Part shown: positions 39,430 to 51,770 of the stretch, one piece after another
Numbering within the stretch: position 1 is the stretch's first letter
Layout of the letters: the number at the start of each line of letters is the position of its first letter
NCBI GenBank assembly: GCA_964016885.1
Contig: OZ024740.1
Span: forward strand, 295,678,001-295,742,000
Reading direction: 5' to 3'
Origin: Eledone cirrhosa
Taxonomy: Eukaryota
DNA length: 64,000 nucleotides
Translations under genes and position numbers: made by a program
Notes under the pieces: model-generated
What the model was told of the DNA's origin: nothing
The model's input: only the letters and a program-made list of their open reading frames with translations
Databases searched by the model: none

Positions 39430-40805
39430 TTGTAACAAGGAATGAGTAAATAGGGAATATAATATCGGTATAAGAAAAAAAAATGGGTCTTCTGAACACT
39501 CTGCGCACAATAAATCAGTGGCCCGCAATGTGTTTGCTGTGCCTCTGGTGACTCAAACATTTGAACTACCTGACTGGACGCTCATTGAGATCCGAACGAT
39601 TGATGTTAACGCCCGAAAAGTTATAAAACGCACCGGAAATTTCCATATCACAGTGATATAAACCTCCTCTACCTAAAACGTAAAGGGGAGGAGGCAGAGG
39701 TTTAACACCAATCGAAACAGCATTTGAGTGTCACTTCATCTACGAACCACCAAGCGTAGAAACTCATCTGCAGAACAAGTCTGTCTGCATAAGTCAGCTA
39801 ACATCATGAGAGTTGCGAAGGAACTCCGTTGCCAGAAAGCTTTAAAGTGAGAGTAACATAGATAAGTAAAGTAGTCTATCTTGAACCAACAACCACTATA
39901 TTGGCTCTCATTTTGAAGGATGTGATTTTGCAATCCAAGAACAGGAAATAACAACGAAATACCTGATGCACAAAAGAGATAGGGATGTAGGCATAACACC
40001 TAGATGTGACAACAGATGCAGACTCTGCGAAATAAACAGCCAAGTCACTCACATCATAAGCAGCTGCCCAAAAATGTCATCATTTACTATTTACCCATGA
40101 GGCATGATGTAGTACCCCAATGCTATACAATGCAATTGGTCGAATGGATAGTTATGCGACTAAACATAAAAATTTACAGTGATATGGTGGAGAAACGCAA
40201 ATATAGTATAAAAGAGTACTGGTTGAATATTCCAGTCAAAATCCCAATAAAGTGCAAACATAACAGACCAGATATAGTGATGTGGGACAGAGAAAGGGAG
40301 GCATACACAGTAGTGGAAATCAGCTGTCCAGCTAAAGATTAGTGAAAAGGAGAACATTTACGCAGAACTAATGAGGAATCTGCAGATATTCCACCCTGAC
40401 AATACCGTTAGATTTGTATCTGTGATTATTGGGCTCTTAGATATGTTACTAACTACCACAGTACAAAGCTTGAGAAGCTGGGCTTCACAGTACCAGAAAG
40501 AAGACGGCTAGTTAGGAGATTACAAGTTCAGTCCATGAATGGAACTGTAAAAATGTGTAAAACATTTGAGAAATTCAGCATGTAATAACTTCATATATAC
40601 ATGCAGTTGTTGCATGCTAGGTACACATATAACTCCCAATATACAGATCTACACATGCAATAATATACATCCTTGCACACACACATTCGTATTTACCTTG
40701 TTGATATTGTCTAAATTCCAATGAGTCTTGTTTTGTTTTGTTTTGATTTTTGTTAGAAACCGGCTCTCTCTCTATTGGCAAAAATTTGTGAAATTATAAA
40801 ACCAG
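39430..40805 (+). pseudogene. Decayed RLE-type (R4/Dong-like) LINE: RT end, zinc knuckle, restriction-like endonuclease
   Basis: SAHNKSVARNVFAVP, AIQEQEITTKYL, HIISSCPKMS...YYLPMRHD, HNRPDIVMWDRE...VVEISCP (PD-D/E motif); ends in (CATA)n. Confidence 0.82.
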
Positions 40806-41559
40806 AAAAACATACATACATATGCACATATATAAATACATACATACAATTCATGATAAAGGGGAAGTTATAAAAATAGTGAATAAAAACATTTATTACT
40901 CGGAGAAAAAGATTCACTAAACAAGAAATCCATTTATCATCCATTTTGTATTTTGTCCGAACAAGTTTGTTAGTTTTTAGGTTATATTTATTATAGGCTA
41001 TACAGCTGTATAATACATTATTGATATAATATAAATACATACAGATGATAGCACTGTTTACTGTTGGCTCATATGTCATCTAGATTTTTACATTAAACCC
41101 ACCATCCTGATTTTGTAATTGATTCAAATCACTAAAGACTTGCGTTGCACAACTAAACCACAGATTCATCCCGGGAGAAGTTGTTAATGTGTTCTCCACT
41201 AACAAAAACAACCACATGATCTGATGTAATCGATGCAAAGATGCATGTATGAAAAATGCGGAACTGAAATACAAACAGAAGAAAAAGAAGGAAAAGTCAT
41301 CTGTTTTCAGTTTAGTAACACATATTGTTAACGCTTGTTCAAATTTTCTCTCTTATGTATACTCTCACACTCTCACTCTCTCTCTCTCTGTATATATATA
41401 TACACATATATATATTCTACTCTTTCTCTCTCACATATATATATTCTTCTCTCTCTCTCTCTCTCTCTCTAGCCCCTACCTTTTCCCACTATTTTTCTCT
41501 GATAGAGTTAGTTTATACTGGAATTTTGCGGGGAACAGGAAGAGTGATCTAGACCATCA

Positions 41560-41685
41560 GATAGAATGGTTTGTGCTGTTTATTCAGTATCTTTGCGCTC
41601 CGAGTTCAAATCCCACCGAGGTCAACTTTGCCTTTCAACCATTCGAGGTCGATAAATAAATAACAGTCATGTACTGAGCCGATTC
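41560..41685 (+). mobile_element. Old SINE copy
   Basis: gagttcaaatcccaccgaggtcaactttgcctttcaaccattcgaggtcgataaa. Confidence 0.75.
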
Positions 41686-41718
41686 TATCTCTATATCTCT
41701 TTCTCATGCTCTCTCTCT

Positions 41719-41791
<73 letters not shown>

Positions 41792-41999
41792 CTCTCTCTC
41801 TCTCTCTCTGTACCAGGGTCGGACTGGATAAAAATGCCCAAGACGCTCCTACGATTCCATCAGGAGTTACATGTCCATCCATACATAAATACATATATAC
41901 ATGTATGTATGTATGTATGTATGTATGTATGTATGTATGTATGTATGTATGTATGTATGTATGTATGTATGTATGTATGTATGTATGTATGTATGTATG

Positions 42000-42610
42000 T
42001 GTCAGGTCACCAGTTGGTGCTACTGGTAACATGTATCCCAGTACAACCTGTCCCATGGTCGGGTCGTTGGCGACTAAACTGGCAACCCCACCAAGGTTTC
42101 TTGATGAGGAGGGTGACTTTGGACATCCTGCAGGACTAAAAACAAAACCTGTCAAAGGGCAAAGGAGCTCTTAAGAGTCAATGGCCATCTAAAATCACTG
42201 GGAGAGATGACCCCTTAGCCTTTGTCAATGCAGAATTCTAGGAGAAGGAAAACTCTGATATAACACCTGCAACCCTGATGGTATCCAATGATGTTGACTT
42301 GTTCTTCTTTTTGGTAAATATCATCTTGGTTAAGAGAGTGGGACTGGCTTTGTGCAGTGCCTTTGCTCACTATAAAAGCTTCACGGCACAGGCATTGCTT
42401 TATATCTGGAGATCTCTCTGCATTTGTCATCACATGGTACCATGGGCCCAGCACTATGTGTCAATAATTGTCACAAGTGTAGTGTTTGTACCAGAGTTTT
42501 CAAGTCGCTGGCTGGACTAAAAGTCACACTCGTTCAGCGCATCGGTAGGGGTTCTCCTTCATGGATATAAAGTAGTGGCCGTACTCGAAAACGAGTTGGC
42601 AGCCACCATG
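42000..42610 (+). mobile_element. Non-autonomous RTE derivative, subfamily 1 (apparently complete, about 610 bp)
   Basis: Starts gtcaggtcaccag after (ATGT)n and ends gcagccaccatgtatgtatg. Confidence 0.88.
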
Positions 42611-43194
42611 TATGTATGTATGAATACAACAATTTTTTGGTCACTGGACTCGGGAATGTCACGACAGAAGTTTGTGGAAGTTACACAAATATTTTAGTAT
42701 ATTTTAGCAGAGCAATCCTTATTTATATTTTACATTTACTTACATCTCAATATAACATGGCTAGAATTCAAATTTTGCTAAGAGAAGAAAACGGTAAAAT
42801 GAACTAGATACATCTCACTGTCCTCACCACCACAATAACGTCTACACTCTCTCCCCACCATCACATGTCATTACCCTATCGAGACTAAAGTCATCGACCT
42901 GTTGTCAAACTCTCTACTCTCTGTTGAATGTATATATATATATGTGTGTGTATGTATATGTGTGTATATACATCACTCAGTCAAACAACCAGATTTTAAT
43001 CCCAACATCTACAACAACAACAACACCGGCACTAATGTTTACAGCAACAACAGCTTCAGAATGAACTGAAATGAACATTTACAACAATTACAACAACAAC
43101 AGCGGCATCAAAACATAAAAAAAGGAAAGGAAAAGAAAAAAGAAAAGGGGAAGGGAAAAAAAAAAAAGAAAGGACCCCCCCCCCTCAAAATAAC

Positions 43195-43239
<45 letters not shown>

Positions 43240-43679
43240 CAACAACATCAACTGCCACCACCGCCATCACCATCACCAGCGACCTGGCCTTAAGAACAAC
43301 TTTAATAATAATTTTTCTGCTTTTGGGACGGATCCAGCGACTGGCCCAGCGCATCACTGGTACTCTCTTTTGTTGACTCCGTGGAGAGCCATAACTCTAT
43401 GCTGTAAAGCAATTATAGTAATACTGGACTGTAATACGATCGGCTTCAACTATACAAACTCTTGAAAGTCAACAGTTGACATAATCTTGTAATCTTGTAT
43501 CAGTAATGACGGTAATATATATATATGTGTGTGTGTGCGTGTAAGTGAGTAGAGTAGCGTGTGTGTGTGTTTGTTGTATGTATGAGTGTTGCTGTGTGCG
43601 CGTATATGTATGCGTGTGTGTGTATGTCGTACGTATAAGTGTCAATAAGTGATTTTTTTTTTTTTTTTTTTTTTTTTTG

Positions 43680-43985
43680 CGCGCGGGGACATAGAAATAA
43701 TCGGGCTGGATGCCCGATCGCGCAGTTAAACCACTGGGAGTGAAGAACCCCTAGCCCTTGTCAGGGTATCCTTCTAGGAGAAGGCATCTCAGGAAACTGG
43801 GTTAACTCCGATATAAAACTTGCGGCTCAGTAGTTACCGATGATGTTGATCTTTTCTTCTTTTCGGGTTATAGCTACTGTCGCTCAGAGAGTGGGATTGG
43901 CTCAGTGCACAGTCTTTCCTCACTTTAAAAATATTCGTCGCGCACAGGCATTGCACGAGTGCATTAATAATTATTAATAGTGTAC

Positions 43986-44021
<36 letters not shown>

Positions 44022-47000
44022 TATTATTACTTTTTTTTTTTCTTTTTTTTTTTCCAATTCAATGATGTTCCAGAACAATGTAAACGAGATAATTGCCAAT
44101 TTGGGTTCTGGAACAAAAAAGATCATTGGCAATAAGGGCAGGGGCCCCAAGTTATCACAACCTGGGCCCGCCCGTCATCGTGCCATTGTAATAGAGCCAA
44201 ACAGGGCATTTAGTCTTGGCTGCTGGAACGTACGGACGCTGCTTGACAGGGATTCTTTGGAGCGTCCTGAACGAAGGACCGCTCTTGTTGCAAAGGAGCT
44301 TCGACGTTACGATCTTGACATCGTGGCTTTATCTGAGACGAGGTTAGCTGGAGATGGTCATCTTACGGAATTTTGTGGAGAATATACATTCTTCTGGAAA
44401 GGAAGAGATGAAGGAACCAGAAGAGAGGCTGGGGTAGGATTTGCTGTTAAGACTGTACTGGTGAATAAATTAGAAGAATTCCCAGTAGGGATTAGTGAGC
44501 GTCTTATGTCCATGAGAGTTCCGCTGGACAAGGGAAGATATGCTACCCTGGTGAGTGTGTATGCTCTAACTATGAATTCTGTCGATGAAGAAAAACTGTC
44601 CTTTTACCATGCCTTGAAAGGTGTTCTAAGAAATATCCCTCAGGCAGACAAAGTCATCGTGCTTGGTGACTTTAATGCTAGAGTGGGTAGGGATTTTAAC
44701 ACATGGAATGTAATCGGAAGGCATGGGGTGGGAAAGTGTAACAGCAATGGTATGCTCTTGCTGCAGATGTGTGAGGAGCTGGATCTGTGTGTTACCAACA
44801 CCATGTTCCAACAAAAGAACAAATTCAAGACCACATGGATGCATCCTGCATCTAAGGAATGGCATCTTTTGGACTACGTCCTAGTCAGGATGCGTGACAG
44901 ACAGGATGTGCAGTGTGTTCGTGTTCTTCGTGGAGCTGAGTGCTGGACAGACCACCGCCTGGTACGCGCAAAAGTGAATCTAATCACCAAACGTAAAATC
45001 CGAGCTCCTGGTGTTACCCTGCCCAAAAGATTGAATGCTGCTCGTCTTGAAGAGGACATTGGAAGAAGAGATGCAGGCTGCAGATCTTGGTGAGGATTGG
45101 CCGACCCTTAAAAAGTCGGTTTATGATGTAGGCAGACGTGTTCTGGGATTGGTGCAGAGAAAACATCAGGACTGGTTTAATGAGAATGATGTACATATAG
45201 AAGACTTGTTGGCTGATAAGAGGCGTGCTCTGTCACGCTACTTGACGGCAAAACCACAGGAGAGGAATACGTTGCATGAGGGGCTCAGGGATGTAAAATC
45301 ACGTGTTAGGCGGAGTCTTTCTCAGATGAAGGATCAGTGGTGGAGTGAGAAGGCTGGTGAGATACAAACTGCGTCTGATTGCAATAACACAAAGCTGTTG
45401 TACAGTCTCTTGCGTGAGGTTTATGGACCGTCTTCTTCTCTGGTGACACCGATTCGCAGCAAGGATGGCAAAGAACTTCTTCGTGACTCAGGGAATTCTA
45501 CGAAGGTGGCGAGAGCAGTTTGATGATCTTTTGAATCAGCCGTCTGTCGTCAGTGAAGATTTCCTCAATCTCATTCCGGAAAGTCCTGTGAAAGTAGCTC
45601 TCGCAGAACCTCCGACGCTTGTGGAGGTTGCAGTGGCTATTTCGAAGCTGAACAGTGGAAGATCTCCAGGTATGGATGGCATACATGCTGAGCTCCTACA
45701 ATATGGTGGTGAGAGACTCCTGCAACATCTTCACTCTCTGTTTGGAGGGATATGGGCTAATGAATCTGTGCCTGAGGACTGGAGAGATGCGGTAATGGTG
45801 GTCTTGTACAAGGGAAAGGGTAACAGGAATGATTGTGGGAACTACAGAGGTATATCATTGCTTTCTGTCGTAGGGAAAGTTTTATGTAGGGTGCTTCTGG
45901 ACCGTCTGCTGACACACATTGCAGATTGTGTCCTTCCTGAAAGTCAATCTGGTTTTCGTGCTGGACGCGGCACTACTGATATGATCTTCTCAGCTAGACA
46001 GCTCCAGGAGAAGTGCATTGAACAGGACTTGGATCTGTATCAGGTTTTTGTCGATCTGACAAAGGCTTTCGATACTGTCAACAGAGATGCATTATGGAAG
46101 GTTCTCCAGAAACTTGGTTGCCCTGATAAGTTCCTTGCTTTAGTTAGGTCTTTCCATGACGGAGGTAACATGTCGGAGCCTATCTCAGTAAAAAATGGAG
46201 TGAAACAGGGGGATATTCCAGCACCGACCCTGTTTGCCATATACTTTGCAATGGTTTTCTGTATTGCATTCAGGAATTGCGAGCATGGTGTTTACATCCG
46301 ATATCGAACTTCAGGCAGCATATTTAACATCAGGCGCTTTGCTGCGAAGACAAAAGTATTTACATCAGTCATAAGAGACCTCTTGTATGCAGATGATTGC
46401 GATCTTGTAGCGCACACAGAGAGTGATATGCAGCACATTTTGAATGTATTTTCTGACGCTTGCACTGCCCTGGGTTTGACTGTCAGTCTCAAGAAAACCG
46501 TCGTCATGTACCAACCTGCCCCTAGTAAGCAGTACACTGAACCAAACATCTATGTGTATGGCAAACGACTCGGAGTGGTTGATCAGTTTGTCTACCTGGG
46601 AAGCACTGTCAATCGATACGGCAACCTTGACGGTGAAATCTCACTTAGGATTAGGAAAGCAAGTGATGCTTTCGGAAAGCTAGAAAGGCGACTCTGGGGT
46701 CGGCGAGACATATGCAGGAGGACAAAGGTAAAGGTGTACAGGGCATGTGTACTCTCTTGTCTTCTTTATGCCTGCGAGACCTGGGTCACATATCGACGCC
46801 ACCTTAAGCAATTGGAGCGTTTCCATCAGATGTGTCTCAGACGGATCCATGGCGTTCACTGGAGGGACCACATCAGTGATGTCGAGATTTTGGAAAGCTC
46901 TATGTGTGACAGTATAGAAGCTCTTGTGCTTAAGCAACGACTCCGTTGGAGTGGTCACCTTGCCAGGATGAAGGATTCTAGAATACCAAAACAACTCTTC

Positions 47001-47575
47001 TATGGAGAGTTGGTTAAAGGAAAACGACCGCCACATAAACCAAAAAAGAGGTATAAGGATTCCTTGAAAGCCTCTCTGAAAGACGCTAACATCTCTGCTG
47101 ATACATGGGAAAATATTGCTGCTGATCATAATAAGTGGAGAAAGACTGTATATGAGGGAAAAGTTGCCTTTGAGGCATCTCGAATCGCACACGAGAAAGT
47201 AAAGCGGGACGCGAGGAAGGGCATTGCTGTTGCACTTCCAGACGGCGAGGGTCCTCCTATGGTTCTGACATGCAGCGTCTGTGCGAGACTCTGCCTAAGC
47301 AAAGCTGGACTCGAAAGTCATCTTCGCAGTCATAAAGTAAGACCAGTGGTTGACTACCAGGCTGCTGTTGGAGATGCTACTCATCATGCTTGCCAAACAT
47401 GTGGTAGAGAATGTAAATCAGCAGGAGGGCTCAAGCGACATGCAAAAGTACACGAAATCCAACCACAGCCGACTATTCCCAGTGAATGTTTTGGTTGCCG
47501 ACTCTGTGCAAGACATTTTAGATCATTGGCTGGGCTAAAAAGCCACATTCGATCGCAGCACTGTTAGTTGCTATC

Positions 47576-47607
<32 letters not shown>

Positions 47608-47686
47608 GCTTATGTGCGTGCGTGTGTGTGTATATATATATGAATATGTATATTATTATTGTTGTTGTCGTTATTATTATTATTGC

Positions 47687-47723
<37 letters not shown>

Positions 47724-47797
47724 GTTATTAATGTATGTGTGTATATATGTGTGAGTGTATGTGTATGTATGTGTGTATGTATATATGTATGTATGTG

Positions 47798-47837
<40 letters not shown>

Positions 47838-47995
47838 TTATTTTTTATTTTTTTTTTTTTTATTTATTTATTATTATTATTATTATTATTTTTTATTTTT
47901 TTTTTATTTTATTTATTTTTTTTATTATTATTTTTTTTTTCTTGTGCAATGGCCATACTCGATAACGAGGGGGCAGCCATCATGTATGTATGTAT
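43680..47995 (+). mobile_element. Near full-length RTE-clade LINE
   Basis: 5'UTR 43680-44061, APE-RT-ZnF ORF, microsatellite-expanded 3'UTR, terminal ggccatactcgataacgagggggcagccatcat(gtat)n. Confidence 0.93.
44062..47567 (+). pseudogene. RTE ORF2: APE endonuclease, reverse transcriptase, 3 C2H2 zinc fingers; two frameshifts (about 45058 and 45490)
   Basis: WNVRTL, ALSETR, LGDFNARVG, WTDHRLV (APE); NYRGISLL, QSGFRAGR, FVDLTKAFD, GVKQG, LLYADD, YLGS (RT); CSVC..HLRSH, CQTC..HAKVH, CRLC..HIRSQH. Split over three overlapping ORFs (44062-45093, 45035-45523, 45465-47567). Confidence 0.95.
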
Positions 47996-48485
47996 GTATA
48001 TGCGTATCACTAATATATTTTTCTCGTGACGAGAATTACATATCAAACATAAAATATGATTTCACTAAGTCAAGTTTGTGATCCAGATTCGATTCTAACT
48101 GAAACCGATTCAATTCTAATTGGAAAGTTCGTGAATTTCTTAACTAAATAGTATCCCTTTCTCTAACAATATAGAGACTTTCTCTCCCTGCTCAATACAA
48201 ATGAATATTATACCCATCTATAAACACACACACACACACACACACACACTTATATATATATTAATAAAAGGAATTACAACTTTGTCTGATTTACTCGTTT
48301 TATTTACAATCCTTTAAAATTATAATGATATTATAATGAAATAGTATGGTACAATATTAAATATTAAGTGTTAATTGAACAAGTACTTTCATGCTTTCGC
48401 AATCTTCAGGTTCCTATTCAGTGGTGACAGTCAAGTTTGCAATTTTCAACAGATACACAATCATACACACCCGTATATATATATA

Positions 48486-48781
48486 TATATTAAGACAGGG
48501 GGAAGAAAAAATGGCTTCACTTGTGCTTTCAAAAAATTTATTTTCTTCACAAAATCCAAAAAGAATTTTTTTCCGGAATAGAAAAAAATTTTTTCTCTTA
48601 AAAAAAATTATTTTATAAATTAAGTTGTTAACAACCAACAACTTAATTTATAAAATAATTTTTTTTAAGAGAAAAAATTTTTTTCTAATCCGGAAAAAAA
48701 TTCTTTTTGGATTTTGTGAAGAAAATAAATTTGTTGAAAGCACAAGTGAAGCCATTTTATCTTCCCCCCTGTCTTAATATA
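48486..48781. repeat. 296-bp AT-rich palindrome next to (TA)n
   Basis: tatattaagacagggggaaga...ttaagttgtt / aacaacttaa...tcttccccctgtcttaatata, with few mismatches. Confidence 0.92.
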
Positions 48782-48812
48782 CCTAACTGTACCAAGGATT
48801 ACACACATTTTC

Positions 48813-48881
<69 letters not shown>

Positions 48882-49010
48882 GTGTGAGAGGGAGAGTGGG
48901 AGAGGGGGGGTGCAGTCTATGGTGTTGAGACCAAGGAGACCATTAATCATGTGAAAAGGCTTGCTGAACAAACAAGCCGAAAGTGGTTGGCGCTGCGATC
49001 GGGAATTTAT

Positions 49011-49101
<91 letters not shown>

Positions 49102-49105
<4 letters not shown>

Positions 49106-49400
49106 GATATTAACAAATGGAAACTATATTTATAAAACCATATTTATCCGGGAGCTTCCAACAGAAATGGTTGCATTTTTAAGGGTATGTCAATATTTAT
49201 TTATAAAACTGATCTATATTATATTTTATCTGATGAAAGCACACCATAATTTAACTTGGTGTCCTTGAAATATGTATAATGAAATAAATATGGTTTTATA
49301 AATATAGTTTCCATTTGTTAGTATCGTATGTTTACTCCAAATACTTGTTGAGTGCTTTATATCAGTTATAAAAATATTTCCTTGTTGTATTCCAACAATT
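49102..49400 (+). mobile_element. Penelope pLTR-like short element with 45-bp inverted 5' piece (family B)
   Basis: 49102-49146 is the reverse complement of 49285-49329; (TA)n on both sides; homologues at 52150-52230 (-) and 52638-52790 (+). Confidence 0.8.
49222..49286 (+). ncRNA. Minimal type-I hammerhead ribozyme, canonical core
   Basis: tattttat-CTGATGA-aagcacacca...tggtgtcctt-GAAA-tatgta-TA-atgaaata: 8-bp stem I and 9/10-bp stem II. Confidence 0.75.
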
Positions 49401-49413
49401 TAAATAGAACTTT

Positions 49414-49463
<50 letters not shown>

Positions 49464-49466
<3 letters not shown>

Positions 49467-49662
49467 CAAAGGAATTGTGGTAAGGAACCAGATGGACCAT
49501 AACGCACCAGAGTACACAATACTTAGGGTAGTAGAGTGGGAAATAGGAAAAAGTATGACCCCGACGGCAGAGCTCAAGCCGTTTTGACGGCTATTTCTGG
49601 AGTCCAGAAATAGCCGTCGAAACGGCTTGAGCTCTGCCGTCGGGGTCATACTTTTTCCTATA
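49464..49662 (-). mobile_element. Hairpin element family A copy 4
   Basis: Unique tail 49464-49543 plus palindrome 49544-49660 centred on ctgga-g-tccag; (TA)n on both sides. Confidence 0.88.
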
Positions 49663-49924
49663 TATATATATATATATTAGTTTTGCGAGGTGTTTTATAT
49701 GAAATCGTGTGTCCAAACAAATATTGTTATACTTGGGGAGGGTCATATTTGTGTAATAATATTGCAAGAATTAATAACAGAACACACTCATTGTTTGGTT
49801 GGTTTTCGCTTCTGTGTCTTTTATATCGGTTAATTTAATTTATTCGGTCCTCAATGTTACCATTGACTGACCAACGGTCAAAAATACAGATATAATATAG
49901 ACACAAACACATATATATAGTCTA

Positions 49925-49967
49925 ACAAAGTTCTTTCGTTGCACATCTGCAACATCGTCAGTGGTGC
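49925..49967 (-). ncRNA. Hammerhead-like motif in pLTR (weak stem I); mirror at 51282-51325 (+)
   Basis: CTGACGA-t-gttgca gatg tgcaac-GAAA-gaac-TT, at the same position as the 30971 hammerhead in the related pLTR. Confidence 0.6.
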
Positions 49968-50204
49968 TACTATGTTTCTTCCTGTTGTATTGTATGCCTA
50001 CGCCATGTTTATTTATTTATTTATTATTATTTTTTTGTCTTCTCTGCGCATGCGTTTGCGTGTGTGTATAGTGTTTGATGTGTATTCGTGTTTGGGTGAC
50101 TGTGTATTGGTTATTGTATTCTATCTTAGTTTACTAGTGTGTGTTTATATGTGTTTGTTGTTATTGTGCTTGTATATGTATTTATTTATTTATTTATACT
50201 TCTC

Positions 50205-51200
50205 TTAGGTCAGTATTGTTCTTGTTATTCCATTCCTTTTTTCTGTTTAGCCTTGGCCTTCTAAGTTCTATTTCGCTGGCCTCTCTGATTTGACTATCTG
50301 CTTGGGTCATTTCTATGTTTAGATATTATTCTAATTTCTATGTTGTCTATGTTACCGTCGTGTTGTTGTCTGGCATGTTCGTATAGTACTGAACCGTTTT
50401 TTCTTCCTTTTAGTTCCCCCCAGTGTTGGTCTATCCTTTCACTTATGCTACGAGCTGTCTCGCCTATGTATGTTGTTGTCATGTTTCTGCAAGTACCCTC
50501 TGTACATCTTATGCTCTAGACTACGTTTCTAGTTTTACAGTTTATCCGGGGGTTTACTTTACATATAATACATTTCCTATTAGTACAGTGGGTTTTCTTA
50601 AAAGGGTAGGTTTTGCTGATCAGGGATTTTATGGTGGTTCCTGGCTTTTCTACCACCTTAATCTTTAAGTGGGTCTTTCTCAGGGCCTTTCTACACTGGT
50701 TAGCTAATTTCCCTCCAGGGGTAGTGTCCACAAACATGACACTCTGGTATCTCTGGTTGTCGTACCATGAGGTGGTTTTCCCTATCTTATGTCTAGTCCT
50801 ATCTAAGCTATTCCATGATTTGCTCCTGTATAATGGGAAAATTCCTTTCATGTCCAGTTCTATGAGGGTCTTATACTTCTCCGTGGCTGCTTCCTATACT
50901 CTGATTCTGTCTCTTTGGTTGTAGCCAGAGAACTGCATGCGGTTGATGAAGTGTTGGATGTGTCTTTCCATTTCTGTTGGGTCACACATGCGGGACACGT
51001 TCTTCATCACTCTTACCAAGTCTGCGATCAGAATATTAAACTTAGCACTACTGGACATTGCTGAGCTTTTTAGTATCAGGTATTTGGAGGCCATGGGTTT
51101 AGCGTAGTGTGAGTGGAGAATTTGGGCTCTCTCGTCTATAGTGTTAATCCAGAGTTCCGTGTCTAATACAGGTAGTCTATTGTTAGGGTGTTTGGAAGGG
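50205..51200 (-). pseudogene. Penelope-like RT thumb plus GIY-YIG endonuclease, with stops
   Basis: PSKHPNNRLPVLDTELW, HYAKPMASKYLILKSSA, RMQFSGY, FVDTTPGGKLA, CKTRNVV*, YIGETARSISERIDQH. Confidence 0.9.
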
Positions 51201-51534
51201 TAAATAAATAAATAAATAAATGAATAAACAGACTAAATAAAGATGGCGTAGGCATACAATACAACAGGAGGAAACATAATAGCACCACTGACGATGATGC
51301 AGATGTGCAACGAAAGAATTTTGTTAGACTATATATATGTGTTTGTGTCTATATTGTATCTGTATTTTTGATCGTTGGTCAGTCAATGGTAACATTGAGG
51401 ACCGAATAAATTAAATTAACCGATATAAAAGACACAGAAGCGAAAACCAACCAAACAGTGAATGTGTTCTGTTATTAATTCTGGCAATATTATCACACAA
51501 ATATGACCCTCCCCATATATATATATATATATAT

Positions 51535-51720
51535 GTAAAAGGTAAACAGAAATAACAACACAATCGGTACAGTATATGGAAGGGATATAATAGGTTAACG
51601 CTTGATATAGCAGGAAGAGGGACTTAACGTTTCTGACGCTAGTCCTTCATCAGAAAAAAGAAAGACAAATAAGATAAATCGAGGGGATTGGCGGGTTGGA
51701 ACTGGAAAAAATGCCTTTAA
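51535..51720 (-). mobile_element. Short pLTR-like fragment with hammerhead core (51621-51653)
   Basis: Minus strand CTGATGA-aggactagcgtca-GAAAC-gttaa-GTC; stem I not evident; between (TA)n runs. Confidence 0.55.
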
Positions 51721-51727
51721 ATGTATA

Positions 51728-51764
<37 letters not shown>

Positions 51765-51770
<6 letters not shown>

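Larger units (their letters stand above)
49677..51514 (-). mobile_element. 5'-truncated Penelope-like element with inverted partial pLTR
   Basis: Minus-strand coding 51200-50205, then pLTR to about 49677; 51201-51514 is an inverted copy of about 49735-50030; terminal motif shared with the 29-31 kb element. Confidence 0.9.

Noticed and set aside
47260-47567. Host C2H2 zinc-finger gene
   Set aside because: The fingers are in frame with the RTE reverse transcriptase and lack TGEKP linkers.
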